A DNA stretch of 64,000 nucleotides from Phormidium sp. Lineage in GTDB: Bacteria; Cyanobacteriota; Cyanobacteriia; Cyanobacteriales; Aerosakkonemataceae. Position 1 is the stretch's first letter, and the number at the start of each line of letters is the position of its first letter. Shown here in pieces: positions 19,587-28,230 of this stretch. Below the pieces are notes generated by a model that saw only the letters and a program-made list of their open reading frames with translations, was not told the DNA's origin and did no database searches. The position numbers and the translations under genes are program-made. The stretch spans positions 544,001 through 608,000 of the forward strand of contig CP143273.1 of the NCBI GenBank assembly GCA_051013385.1. Direction: 5' to 3'.

Positions 19587-20171
19587 ATGAAAAAAACATA
19601 CAAGTGTAAAGGTTGTGGCAATGAAGTTGTTTCAATCATGAAGCCTTCTAAGTGCGATATTTGTCCAGATGGAATCGGAGAATGGACAATCTTAGCTACT
19701 AATAAACCCATTAATTCAGGAGATGTACCTATGGCTATTGATAAAGATATATTCTCTGCTTTTAAATTTCGCTCAACGATCGAGCGTTACTGCAAAACTA
19801 TTGGCTGGAATCTTTATAGTATAGATAATGAAATGGCTGTAATTAGATTTAGTATGGAGTCTGGCAACACACAAACTTTATTAATTCTCAAGTACGATTC
19901 AACTCTTGAATTCTCTTGTCCAAGTGGCTTAAAATTTGACAACCTAGATGATGTACCCGATCGTTTATCAACATTACTTCTCAGCCAAAATTCTACGTAT
20001 AGGTTTGGCTTTTGGTGTATACAAAAGATTGGCGAACAACAAACTTTTTCAATTGTCCATAACGCGGAGATGACTTTAATTGATATTGATTATTTCCGTA
20101 AGGTAATTACTCACATCATACAAGAATGCGATAAATTTGAGGAAGCCATAGAAGAGTTAATAAACAGCTAA
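19587..20171 (+). CDS. Zn-ribbon (CxxC-x12-CxxC) fused to a possible YbjN/chaperone-like domain
   Basis: CKGC...CDIC; the C-terminal fold call is tentative. Confidence 0.6.
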   Translation: MKKTYKCKGCGNEVVSIMKPSKCDICPDGIGEWTILATNKPINSGDVPMAIDKDIFSAFKFRSTIERYCKTIGWNLYSIDNEMAVIRFSMESGNTQTLLILKYDSTLEFSCPSGLKFDNLDDVPDRLSTLLLSQNSTYRFGFWCIQKIGEQQTFSIVHNAEMTLIDIDYFRKVITHIIQECDKFEEAIEELINS

Positions 20172-20173
20172 TA

Positions 20174-20239
20174 GTAAGGTGCGTCAGAGCAAAAAAGTTA
20201 TTGATGAGCTAATTAAGTTAACTATCTGACGCACCCTAC
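20174..20239. repeat. REPIN family A at the end of the cargo operon
   Basis: GTAAGGTGCGTCAGA...TCTGACGCACCCTAC; spacer shared with 21961-22026 and ~10487-10535. Confidence 0.88.
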
Positions 20240-20276
20240 AAAGTTTTTTGATTTGATGCGATCGATCGCACCACAC

Positions 20277-20561
20277 TTACTCATATACTTCACTTCTATG
20301 AGCAATCAAAATTACAATCACTTGACCTTCTTCTTCTTCAATATCAGAAGCAACATTTTGTTCAATGTAATAAACTACTCGATAATCACCGACACGGTAA
20401 CGGTAATAACCTGCAAAATTGCCTTTTAAAGCTTTAATATTTGGATGATTTCGGGGATCTTCTTCAAGTCTTTCAAAGCATCTAGCTAACTTTTTAGCTA
20501 AGGGAAGATTAGCAGCTGCATAAAAATTTTCTGCTTCAGAGGACAACTGAACTCTATACAT
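20277..20561 (-). CDS. relE: RelE/ParE-family toxin
   Basis: IKALKG..GYYRYRVGDYRVVY..IAHRSEVY. Confidence 0.9.
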   Translation of the reverse strand: MYRVQLSSEAENFYAAANLPLAKKLARCFERLEEDPRNHPNIKALKGNFAGYYRYRVGDYRVVYYIEQNVASDIEEEEGQVIVILIAHRSEVYE

Positions 20562-20784
20562 CGTCTCGTACTTTTCGCCAATCAGTCACCCTTCCCGCAG
20601 TAACATCCTGTTTTCCCCGCTCAAAAGCTTCAATAAAACCGGGAATTTCTAACAGTTCTTGTGTTGCTTCATTACTCTCGCGTTCTGCTAAATAAGCTAA
20701 GAAATCAGCGGCAACACGCAATCGTTCGGGGGATAATCGATCGACGTATTCCTTAACTTGAAGGCGCATTTGGTCAGTATTCAT
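20554..20784 (-). CDS. Cognate antitoxin of the RelE toxin
   Basis: Overlaps the toxin start; EATQELLEIPGF...GRVTDWRKVR. Confidence 0.8.
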   Translation of the reverse strand: MNTDQMRLQVKEYVDRLSPERLRVAADFLAYLAERESNEATQELLEIPGFIEAFERGKQDVTAGRVTDWRKVRDDV

Positions 20785-20981
20785 TGGCAATAACAGTGCG
20801 ATTATTTCACCATTTTAAACTGTAACAGTAGATGTTGGAGTATTTGTATGTTAATTTGGCAAGTTGTATGAGAAAGCGATAGGTGAATAAAACACAGGGT
20901 AGGCGATCGCACTTTTCACCCAACAAATGCGATATTAAATCTGGTTGAGAGAGAGGTTAATTAGTGCGATCGCTACACAAT

Positions 20982-21455
20982 TTAAGAATGCTTTTCTAAC
21001 AACTTTTGTAGCAAACTCTCAGATGCCCAAAAAGATGTATTTTGTAAGCTTTGGATTGTCACAGATAAGTCGATTAACTTCATCGTTGCGGCTCGATCGA
21101 GAATTCCTAGAATACCTGCGATCGCCAAGCCTCTATCTTTGGCAATCCGTCTTGCTTTCATGTCGTCTAGCAGAAGTAAATCTGCTTTAAGTTCCTCAGC
21201 TAAAAGGATAGCTGCACTTTCTCCAGGGTCTAGTAGATCTGCGATCGCATCGGAAGATTGGCTAACAGATTGAATTTCTAGCCAGTTGGGTGGATTGGTA
21301 ATCCAAGCTTGGACAGGCGGTGGCGCAAGTGGATCGGATAGCTCATTGTAAACAGCTATTGGAATGATAATTTGCTGAAATAATTGAGGCAGTAGGTCAA
21401 TTTCCCCAATCAAAATTAGATAGTTGATCGGAGAGGTATTGGAAACAATAATCAT
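20982..21455 (-). CDS. DUF3368-family PIN-domain protein
   Basis: IVSNTSPINYL, LDPGESAAI, LLLDDMKAR, GILGIL. Confidence 0.9.
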   Translation of the reverse strand: MIIVSNTSPINYLILIGEIDLLPQLFQQIIIPIAVYNELSDPLAPPPVQAWITNPPNWLEIQSVSQSSDAIADLLDPGESAAILLAEELKADLLLLDDMKARRIAKDRGLAIAGILGILDRAATMKLIDLSVTIQSLQNTSFWASESLLQKLLEKHS

Positions 21456-21721
21456 TCAGTCTCTAGTAAGTTATTAATTGTTTGAATATCTTCTTCTAAA
21501 TCTTCTTCAGTGTAGGGTAAGTAAGCTTGTTCTTGTTTCAAGAATTGATATGTTTCCCATCGGGAAGAAAAGTTCAGCATTCGGTGAACTTCACCTGCTC
21601 CAATCCTACCTTGGCGATAGTAATCGGTTGCAATCAATTCTAAAACTCTGCGGGAAATGTTGGTGTGTTGCAGTTGTAGGTTATCGACGATATCATCGGG
21701 AAGTTCGAGGGTAATTTGCAT
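21452..21721 (-). CDS. UPF0175-family protein (putative antitoxin)
   Basis: MQITLELPD; ATGA overlap with DUF3368. Confidence 0.85.
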   Translation of the reverse strand: MQITLELPDDIVDNLQLQHTNISRRVLELIATDYYRQGRIGAGEVHRMLNFSSRWETYQFLKQEQAYLPYTEEDLEEDIQTINNLLETE

Positions 21722-21797
21722 AAGTTATGCTCGTAAGACTCATGTTTAAAAGGATAGCGTTTTTTGGCAGAGGTTGGATGATGTGTGTTTGTTATAT

Positions 21798-22026
21798 GCG
21801 ATCGCCCATCTCATACTTTCCGTCAAACCAAAAAAGTTATTGATGAGATAATTAAGTTAACTGTCGTCCGCCAGAAACCGGGTTTTTCTAAAAAACCCGG
21901 TTTCTTAAACTCTTTGAAACTGAATTTAGCTACTTAATGGTATGTGCGATCGCCCATTTCGTAAGGTGCGTCAGAGCAAAAAAGTTATTGATGAGATAAT
22001 TAAGTTAACTATCTGACGCATCCTAC
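21798..22026. repeat. Island right-end scaffold: HIP1 sites, AGAAACCGGGT palindrome (21873-21905) and REPIN A (21961-22026)
   Basis: 21798-21862 matches 10455-10519; the REP arm contains the dynamin stop codon. Confidence 0.85.
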
Positions 22027-23690
22027 AAAGTTTTTAGTGAGTCTAATTGGCGATCGATATTTTCCAGACAAGCATTTAACAAAGTTAGTTGCGATCGCTT
22101 AGTAGTAACATCTAAAGGCAATTCTGGCATTTGAAAATTAATAAGTTTTTCGGCTTTTTCTTGATATTTTAGTAACTGCTCAAGGGATTCTTTGCTAAAG
22201 CGAATTAAATAATCTTTAGCAGCATCAGTATATAGCTGTAATAGTTGATTGTGATAACTTTTTTCTGTGGTTTGTTGATTTTCATTGTTAAGGCTTTTAT
22301 TCAAAATAAAAGCGGCACTACCAACAACAGCGGCACCCACAGGGCCACCCAAAACCCAACCTAAACCAGTGGCGACACCTACCGAAGCAGTGTCAGCAAA
22401 ACTGTCAGAATTGGTTGGTTTATTTGGCAAATTTACTTGGGGGTGAGTCGGGAATGAAATTGCGAGAGTTTCGGGTTGAGGACGATTGAAAAATTCGCTA
22501 GCTTGCGTCACCCATTTGACAATTGATTCTTGCAATTGAACCAATTTTGGTTGCAAAAAATTTCTTTCCCAATTGCTAAATTGACCTTGTTGCAGTGCCG
22601 CAGTAGCTTCCGATTGATAGCGGTATAAAAGTTTTTGCTCGTCTAGCCAGTTGCGTAATTCTAAAACGCTAGTAATAAAACCTTGTTTAATTAGTTTCTC
22701 TGCTTTTTGTTGAATCTCAATTTTGGCGTTGTGTTTGTTTTCAATAGTTTCTAATTCACTGGCGATGTTTTGTGCTTTTGCTTGCAAGGATTGTTTGATT
22801 TGATTAGCAATTGTAATTACACGAGGTAAACGAACATCTGCCATTTTTTCCTGTTTTGATGCTAAAATACTTTGCAAAGCAGATTCAAACATAACTAAAC
22901 CGCTACTTTGTGCGGCTGCAACATCACCTTTTAATCTCGATCTTAAGGCGGGAAGTGCATCAACTCGGTAAAGGTTACTGATGTTTGGCGGTAAATCTGC
23001 ACGGAAGCTTTCTGCTACAAATCGCAGGCGTTTGTAAACTTCTTTTTGGTCTTCTGGTTCCAATAAATTTAGGAAGTTAACTACAAAAACTATGCTTTTA
23101 ATGCCTCTATCTATTAACCAATCATGCAGCTTTTCTCGTTCAGTTAAAGTCATCAATTGACGAGCATCTAATACTTGAATGATTAAGTCTGCTGTTAGCA
23201 GTTTGTCACGAACTAATTTATCTTGTGCTTCTCTGTCATTTGTTCCTGGTAAGTCGAGTAATTCAACGTTATTTTCCAGGAGTGGATGAGGACAAAAAAC
23301 CTGCACTGAGGCGACATCTTCTCGCATTCTTCTGTCGCCATCTAAAATAGCAAATTCTTTAAGAATTTCTGTGCCATCTTGATTAATTTGTCTGCCATCT
23401 ATAAAGGTAATTTTAGTTTTTAGTTCCTCGCCGTATTTGACATAAATTGCTGCACCTGTTGTGGGTATAATATCAATTGGTAAGGCACGATTGCCGAGAA
23501 TGGCATTAATTAAGGTTGATTTGCCGTAATTAAATGGGCCGAAAACGGCTATTTGAAATCCTGGTTTCGATAGATGATTGCAGACGGAAATGGTATCTTG
23601 ATAAAGCTGAGAGTTTTTATCTATTTCCAGCAATCTTAATGCTGTTTGGAGATTATTTACTAATGTTTTATATTGGTTTCCTTGTTCCAT
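22023..23690 (-). CDS. Bacterial dynamin-like GTPase (short partner type)
   Basis: GPFNYGKSTLIN, DIIPTT, DLPG; hydrophobic paddle VATGLGWVLGGPVGAAV. Confidence 0.9.
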   Translation of the reverse strand: MEQGNQYKTLVNNLQTALRLLEIDKNSQLYQDTISVCNHLSKPGFQIAVFGPFNYGKSTLINAILGNRALPIDIIPTTGAAIYVKYGEELKTKITFIDGRQINQDGTEILKEFAILDGDRRMREDVASVQVFCPHPLLENNVELLDLPGTNDREAQDKLVRDKLLTADLIIQVLDARQLMTLTEREKLHDWLIDRGIKSIVFVVNFLNLLEPEDQKEVYKRLRFVAESFRADLPPNISNLYRVDALPALRSRLKGDVAAAQSSGLVMFESALQSILASKQEKMADVRLPRVITIANQIKQSLQAKAQNIASELETIENKHNAKIEIQQKAEKLIKQGFITSVLELRNWLDEQKLLYRYQSEATAALQQGQFSNWERNFLQPKLVQLQESIVKWVTQASEFFNRPQPETLAISFPTHPQVNLPNKPTNSDSFADTASVGVATGLGWVLGGPVGAAVVGSAAFILNKSLNNENQQTTEKSYHNQLLQLYTDAAKDYLIRFSKESLEQLLKYQEKAEKLINFQMPELPLDVTTKRSQLTLLNACLENIDRQLDSLKTL

Positions 23691-23757
23691 ATTACCACCC
23701 AGATTTTTTGCAAATGATTATAATATTTAACTCCCCTTGCGGGGAGTAAACAGTTAT

Positions 23758-25836
23758 TTAAGCAACAGCTTGGAGAAAATCATCGTAGACTGAATCGATT
23801 TTTTTGAAGTCAGAAAAAATGTCTGATTCAATAGTTTTGAGGCGTTTAAGTTCGTTATCTCGATTGATTTCGTAGGATTCTTTTTGTTTGAGTAAATTAT
23901 CTAGTTCGGCTTTGCGGGAGTTAATGTCATCGTTGATCCGATCGCTAATTTCCCTCTCATAAACATTAAAGCATTCTTTGACGGCATCGTGAATTGGTTG
24001 CCATTGTTCTTGCGCTACTTGGGGGAGGTGTTTTACTAACTCTTTTTTCGCCGCTTTTACTAATTCTTTTCTTGCTTGATCTGCTTGCAAAACTCCGATA
24101 CCCATTCCTAATAAAGCTAGGTATAATGGGCCTAAAACAATGCCAGTTACACTACCAATAATGGTGCTAATACCAAATACGGTAATTAAGTTTAACAGGA
24201 TATTTTTCCAATCAAATCCTGCACCCGCCATCGCTACACCTGCAACATTACCGCTAGCTAAGGAAAAAAGCCCCATTGCCCATTTTGCCCAAGCGGGAGA
24301 GTTATCTTCTGGTAATGAATTGCTTGCGGCTTGGACTTTTTTTCCGGTTAATTTCTCAGTAATTTTTTTAGTGACTTTGCTATAAGAAGCACCGTAATTT
24401 TCGGCACTTTTAGCTAATAAGAGAAATGCGCTATCCATTTCTTTTTCCGCAGTCAAACTCCAGGCGGAAAGCTTGTCATTAATGTATTGCTCGAAGGCTT
24501 GCTTGAGTGCATTTTCAAAGGCTTCTCTGCGGCTTTTACTTAAGAAGTCCATGAATTTTAAATCAGGTTGATAGCGGGTAAAGTCGGATTCAAAACTATT
24601 ACCTAAGTTTAGCACGTAATCACGGAAAGAATCTGCGATCGCTTTAGCTTTACTATCCCCCAAATTTTGAATTTCTTGCTTAAATTGATCGCGGATATTC
24701 GTCAAGTTTTTAAACTCTGGTTCAACGGAACTAATCTTTTCTTTCAACTGTTGAACATCTTGTTCTAACAAGGGAATTCGCCTTTCTACAGCTTCTTGCA
24801 CGCGGGTAGTAGTTTGACGCGCCAAAGTTCTCGCTTGTCGCAATTCGGAAATAGCCCTTTCTTTGGTTAAAAATGTATTGAGTGCGCCCATAAATTCGGG
24901 AAAACCTGTACCTTCTAGAGAAGCTAAAGGCTGTTTTAAACGTTTCCTTAATGCCTTAATTGCGGAAATTTCAAATACTCTTTCCTCATAAATATCTTGA
25001 CCATCTACCACGCAATATTCGCCTAAGTTAGCTTGGAAAACTCGCCGCAATCTATCTTCAGATTCTTGCAATTCTTCTAAATCGTCGGGATCAATTAAAC
25101 TTTCTCGAACTTGATCCCAAGCATTAATTAAGAAGAACACACTTAAACCCCGATCTTTGATATAGTTTTCTAAGTAGCGACGTTCCCCAAGCGTGCAAGG
25201 TTGGGATGCTCTTAAAACAAACAAAATTGCATGACAATTATTGATATAACCCAACGATAATTCGTTTCTTGCTTCTGTATCGTTTAACCCTGGACTATCA
25301 ACAATTTCTACACCTTTTTCTAACAAAGGTAATGGGTATTCTACTATGGCATAATCAACATCGGGAAAGGCTTGTTTCTTTTCTTGTTCCAGTCTTTTGG
25401 CTTCGGCAGGATCGATCGTATAATCTTGTTTAAAACTCTTAAAATCCAACTCTTTTGGACTTTTTCCATCTTTAAAATAAACCGTTACTTTCTTTTGGGG
25501 GCCATAGCGGAGTAGCGTTAATACTGCTGTACAGGGATTCACATCACTGGGTAATAAATTCTCGCCTATTAAGGCATTTAAAAATGTGCTTTTTCCTCGT
25601 TTCATATCGCCTAAAACTAGCAGACGAAATACACCTTTTTGGTAGTTTTGACTAGCTATTTTGACATCTTCTATTTCTCTTTCTAAACCAAGCGCCCCAG
25701 AAGATTTTTTGCCTTCCATTTCGGCTTTTTCCAGAGTTTCAGTCATGCAGTTGAAGGCTTTAGCTACTTCGCTGCGTGCTTGGGCAACTTTTTCCAAATC
25801 GTGAAGAAAACGGTCAGTTTCAATTTTGTTACTCAT
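23758..25836 (-). CDS. Bacterial dynamin-like protein, BDLP1-like
   Basis: GDMKRGKSTFLN, SDVNPCTA, DSPGLND, INAWD; 692 aa with membrane paddle. Confidence 0.95.
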   Translation of the reverse strand: MSNKIETDRFLHDLEKVAQARSEVAKAFNCMTETLEKAEMEGKKSSGALGLEREIEDVKIASQNYQKGVFRLLVLGDMKRGKSTFLNALIGENLLPSDVNPCTAVLTLLRYGPQKKVTVYFKDGKSPKELDFKSFKQDYTIDPAEAKRLEQEKKQAFPDVDYAIVEYPLPLLEKGVEIVDSPGLNDTEARNELSLGYINNCHAILFVLRASQPCTLGERRYLENYIKDRGLSVFFLINAWDQVRESLIDPDDLEELQESEDRLRRVFQANLGEYCVVDGQDIYEERVFEISAIKALRKRLKQPLASLEGTGFPEFMGALNTFLTKERAISELRQARTLARQTTTRVQEAVERRIPLLEQDVQQLKEKISSVEPEFKNLTNIRDQFKQEIQNLGDSKAKAIADSFRDYVLNLGNSFESDFTRYQPDLKFMDFLSKSRREAFENALKQAFEQYINDKLSAWSLTAEKEMDSAFLLLAKSAENYGASYSKVTKKITEKLTGKKVQAASNSLPEDNSPAWAKWAMGLFSLASGNVAGVAMAGAGFDWKNILLNLITVFGISTIIGSVTGIVLGPLYLALLGMGIGVLQADQARKELVKAAKKELVKHLPQVAQEQWQPIHDAVKECFNVYEREISDRINDDINSRKAELDNLLKQKESYEINRDNELKRLKTIESDIFSDFKKIDSVYDDFLQAVA

Positions 25837-25890
25837 TTCGTGGCACCAATAAATGTAACAGAGGCAAGTGTAATTTCTATTCCCAGGATA

Positions 25891-27966
25891 TCACGCATAA
25901 TATGAAGTTAAGCCTTCATAAACTGATTCTAAGTTCTGATATTCGGATAAAATCTCAGTGTCTAGAGTTCTCAGGCGATTGGATTCAGCATGGTAATTAA
26001 TTTCTTGTGATTCCTTTTGTTTGAGCAAGTTATCTAACTCTGCTTGCCGAGATTTGATGTCTTCATTGATCCGTTTGTTGACTTCTTGTTCATAGCTATT
26101 AAAACAGTCTTTAACAGCTTGATGAATGGGTTCCCATTGTTGTTGTGCTAGTTGGGGAAGATATTTGACAAACTCTTTTTTGGTGGCTTTAATAATTTCT
26201 TTCCTGGCTTGATCTGCTTGGAAAGCGCCTATTCCTAAGCCAACTAAAGCAATTCCAATCGGGCCTAAAAATGTGCCAGTGAAAATTAGCAAAAAGCTAC
26301 TAATTCCAATTGCAGCTAGCCAGTTTACTAAAATGTTTTTCCAGTCAAAACCAGCACCAGCTAAGGCTATACCAGCAACGTTACCTGTGATTAATGAGAA
26401 AAATCCCATTGCCCAACTTGCCCAACTGAGAGACTCGTTTTCATAACCTAAATTTCGTCCGGCAAATACGTTTCCGGTTAATTTTTCGCTGATTGTGTTG
26501 GCTACTTTGGTATATGCTGAACCATACTCAGCCGCCGTTCTAGATAAGATAGCAAAGCCATCATGTATTTCTCGTTCAGCAGTTAGTTCCCAAGCGGAAA
26601 TTTTGTCTTTTATGTATTGTTCAAATGCTCGTTTACAAGCGGCGTTAAATTCTTCTCTTCTATCTTGAATTAAAGAATCTAGAAATCCTATTGTTGGTTG
26701 ATATTGTAAAAAATCTGTTTCAAAAGTATTGCCTAAATTCAAAATGTAAGAACGGAAAGAATCGGCGATCGCTCTTGCCTTACTATCTCTCATATTGATA
26801 ATATCACCTTGGAAGCGATCGCGAATTTCCATCAATTCCTTAAACTCTGGTTCAACTGAATTAATCCGCCTTTTCAACTCCTCAACGTCTTGCCCTAACA
26901 AAGGTATTCGCCTTTCAATTGCCTCATGTACATGATTGTAAATTAGGCGGGCTAAGGTTTTAGTTTGGCGCAATTCTGCGATCGCTCTTTCCCTCGTTAA
27001 AAAGGTATTCAAAGCAGTAATAAACTCTGGAAATCCCGTTCCTTCTAAAGCACTTTCCGGGTTTTTTATCCGTTGCCGCAAAGCTTTTAAAGAGTAAATT
27101 TCAAACACTCTTTCATCATAAATATCAAACCCTTCCACCTGACAATATTCAGTCAAATAGTTCTTAAATACTTGCCGCACCTTTTCTTCAGCCGCTTCTG
27201 TTGCTTCAGTATCATCAGGATCAATTAATCCCTTGGTGATTTCATCCCAAGCATTAATTAAAAAGAAAACTGTTAAACCTCGACCTTTAATATAATTTTC
27301 TAAGTAACGCCGTTCTGCCAAAGTGCAAGGTTGATCGGCTCTAAATACAAATAGAATTGCGTGGCAATTATTGATGTAACTTAGCGATAATTTGTTCAGC
27401 GCTTCTGTATCATTTAACCCCGGACTATCAACAATTTCAATTCCTTTTTCTAACAAAGGTAAAGGATACTCTACCACCGCATACTCTACATTAGGAAAAG
27501 CTAATTTTTTGTCGGCTTCTAATTTTTTAGCTTCATCTGGATCGATGGTATATTCTTGTTTAAAAGTAGCAAAATCTAGCCGTTTGGCAGGTTGGTCATC
27601 TTTAAAATAAACTGTCACCTTCTTTTGGGAGCCATAACGCAAAACTGTCAACACTGCCGTACAAGGATTGACATCACTAGGTAACAAATTCTCGCCAATT
27701 AAAGCATTGAGAAAAGTGCTTTTTCCCCGTTTCATGTCACCCAAAACTAACAGTCGAAATACACCTTTTTGAATGTTTTTTCTGGCTAAATCTATATCTT
27801 CTATATCTTTAGCTAAACCTAATCCACCCGAAGCAGTTTCTCCTAGAGTTTCAGATGTTTTGAGAGTAGCGGACATCTTACTTAAAGATTGAGCGAAATC
27901 AGCACGGGCTTTGGCGAGTTGATCTAAATCTCTAATAAAACTTCCAGATTCAGTTTTGTAAGTCAT
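25891..27966 (-). CDS. Bacterial dynamin-like protein, second BDLP1-like paralog
   Basis: Same G1-G4 motifs; colinear with 23758-25836. Confidence 0.95.
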   Translation of the reverse strand: MTYKTESGSFIRDLDQLAKARADFAQSLSKMSATLKTSETLGETASGGLGLAKDIEDIDLARKNIQKGVFRLLVLGDMKRGKSTFLNALIGENLLPSDVNPCTAVLTVLRYGSQKKVTVYFKDDQPAKRLDFATFKQEYTIDPDEAKKLEADKKLAFPNVEYAVVEYPLPLLEKGIEIVDSPGLNDTEALNKLSLSYINNCHAILFVFRADQPCTLAERRYLENYIKGRGLTVFFLINAWDEITKGLIDPDDTEATEAAEEKVRQVFKNYLTEYCQVEGFDIYDERVFEIYSLKALRQRIKNPESALEGTGFPEFITALNTFLTRERAIAELRQTKTLARLIYNHVHEAIERRIPLLGQDVEELKRRINSVEPEFKELMEIRDRFQGDIINMRDSKARAIADSFRSYILNLGNTFETDFLQYQPTIGFLDSLIQDRREEFNAACKRAFEQYIKDKISAWELTAEREIHDGFAILSRTAAEYGSAYTKVANTISEKLTGNVFAGRNLGYENESLSWASWAMGFFSLITGNVAGIALAGAGFDWKNILVNWLAAIGISSFLLIFTGTFLGPIGIALVGLGIGAFQADQARKEIIKATKKEFVKYLPQLAQQQWEPIHQAVKDCFNSYEQEVNKRINEDIKSRQAELDNLLKQKESQEINYHAESNRLRTLDTEILSEYQNLESVYEGLTSYYA

Positions 27967-28005
27967 AATTTTGCACTAATTTAGTTGATTGTTAAGATAT
28001 ATCAA

Positions 28006-28123
28006 GTTTGTTGTAACGACTTTAGTCGTTTGAAGGACTAAAGTCCTCACAACGAACCAGTTTGTTGTAACGACTTCAGTCGTTTCTTGAGGACAAAATA
28101 GCACTAAAGTGCTCACAACGAAC
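28006..28123. repeat. Two tandem REP-like palindromes (TTGTAACGACTTTAGTCG...GACTAAAGTCCTCACAAC family)
   Basis: Family recurs at ~57254-57436 and 58735-58983. Confidence 0.75.
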
Positions 28124-28230
28124 TAGGATACCATTACTATCAGTTTCGACTATCCAAATTTAGCTTTATTAACTCTCTACTGCCAAGAGGGATGCGATTT
28201 TAAATAAAGGTAAAAATACCCAAAAAGTAG

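Noticed and set aside
6500..22026. Classical integron, prophage or ICE
   Set aside because: No tyrosine or serine integrase, attC-like array, phage structural genes or conjugation genes were seen.
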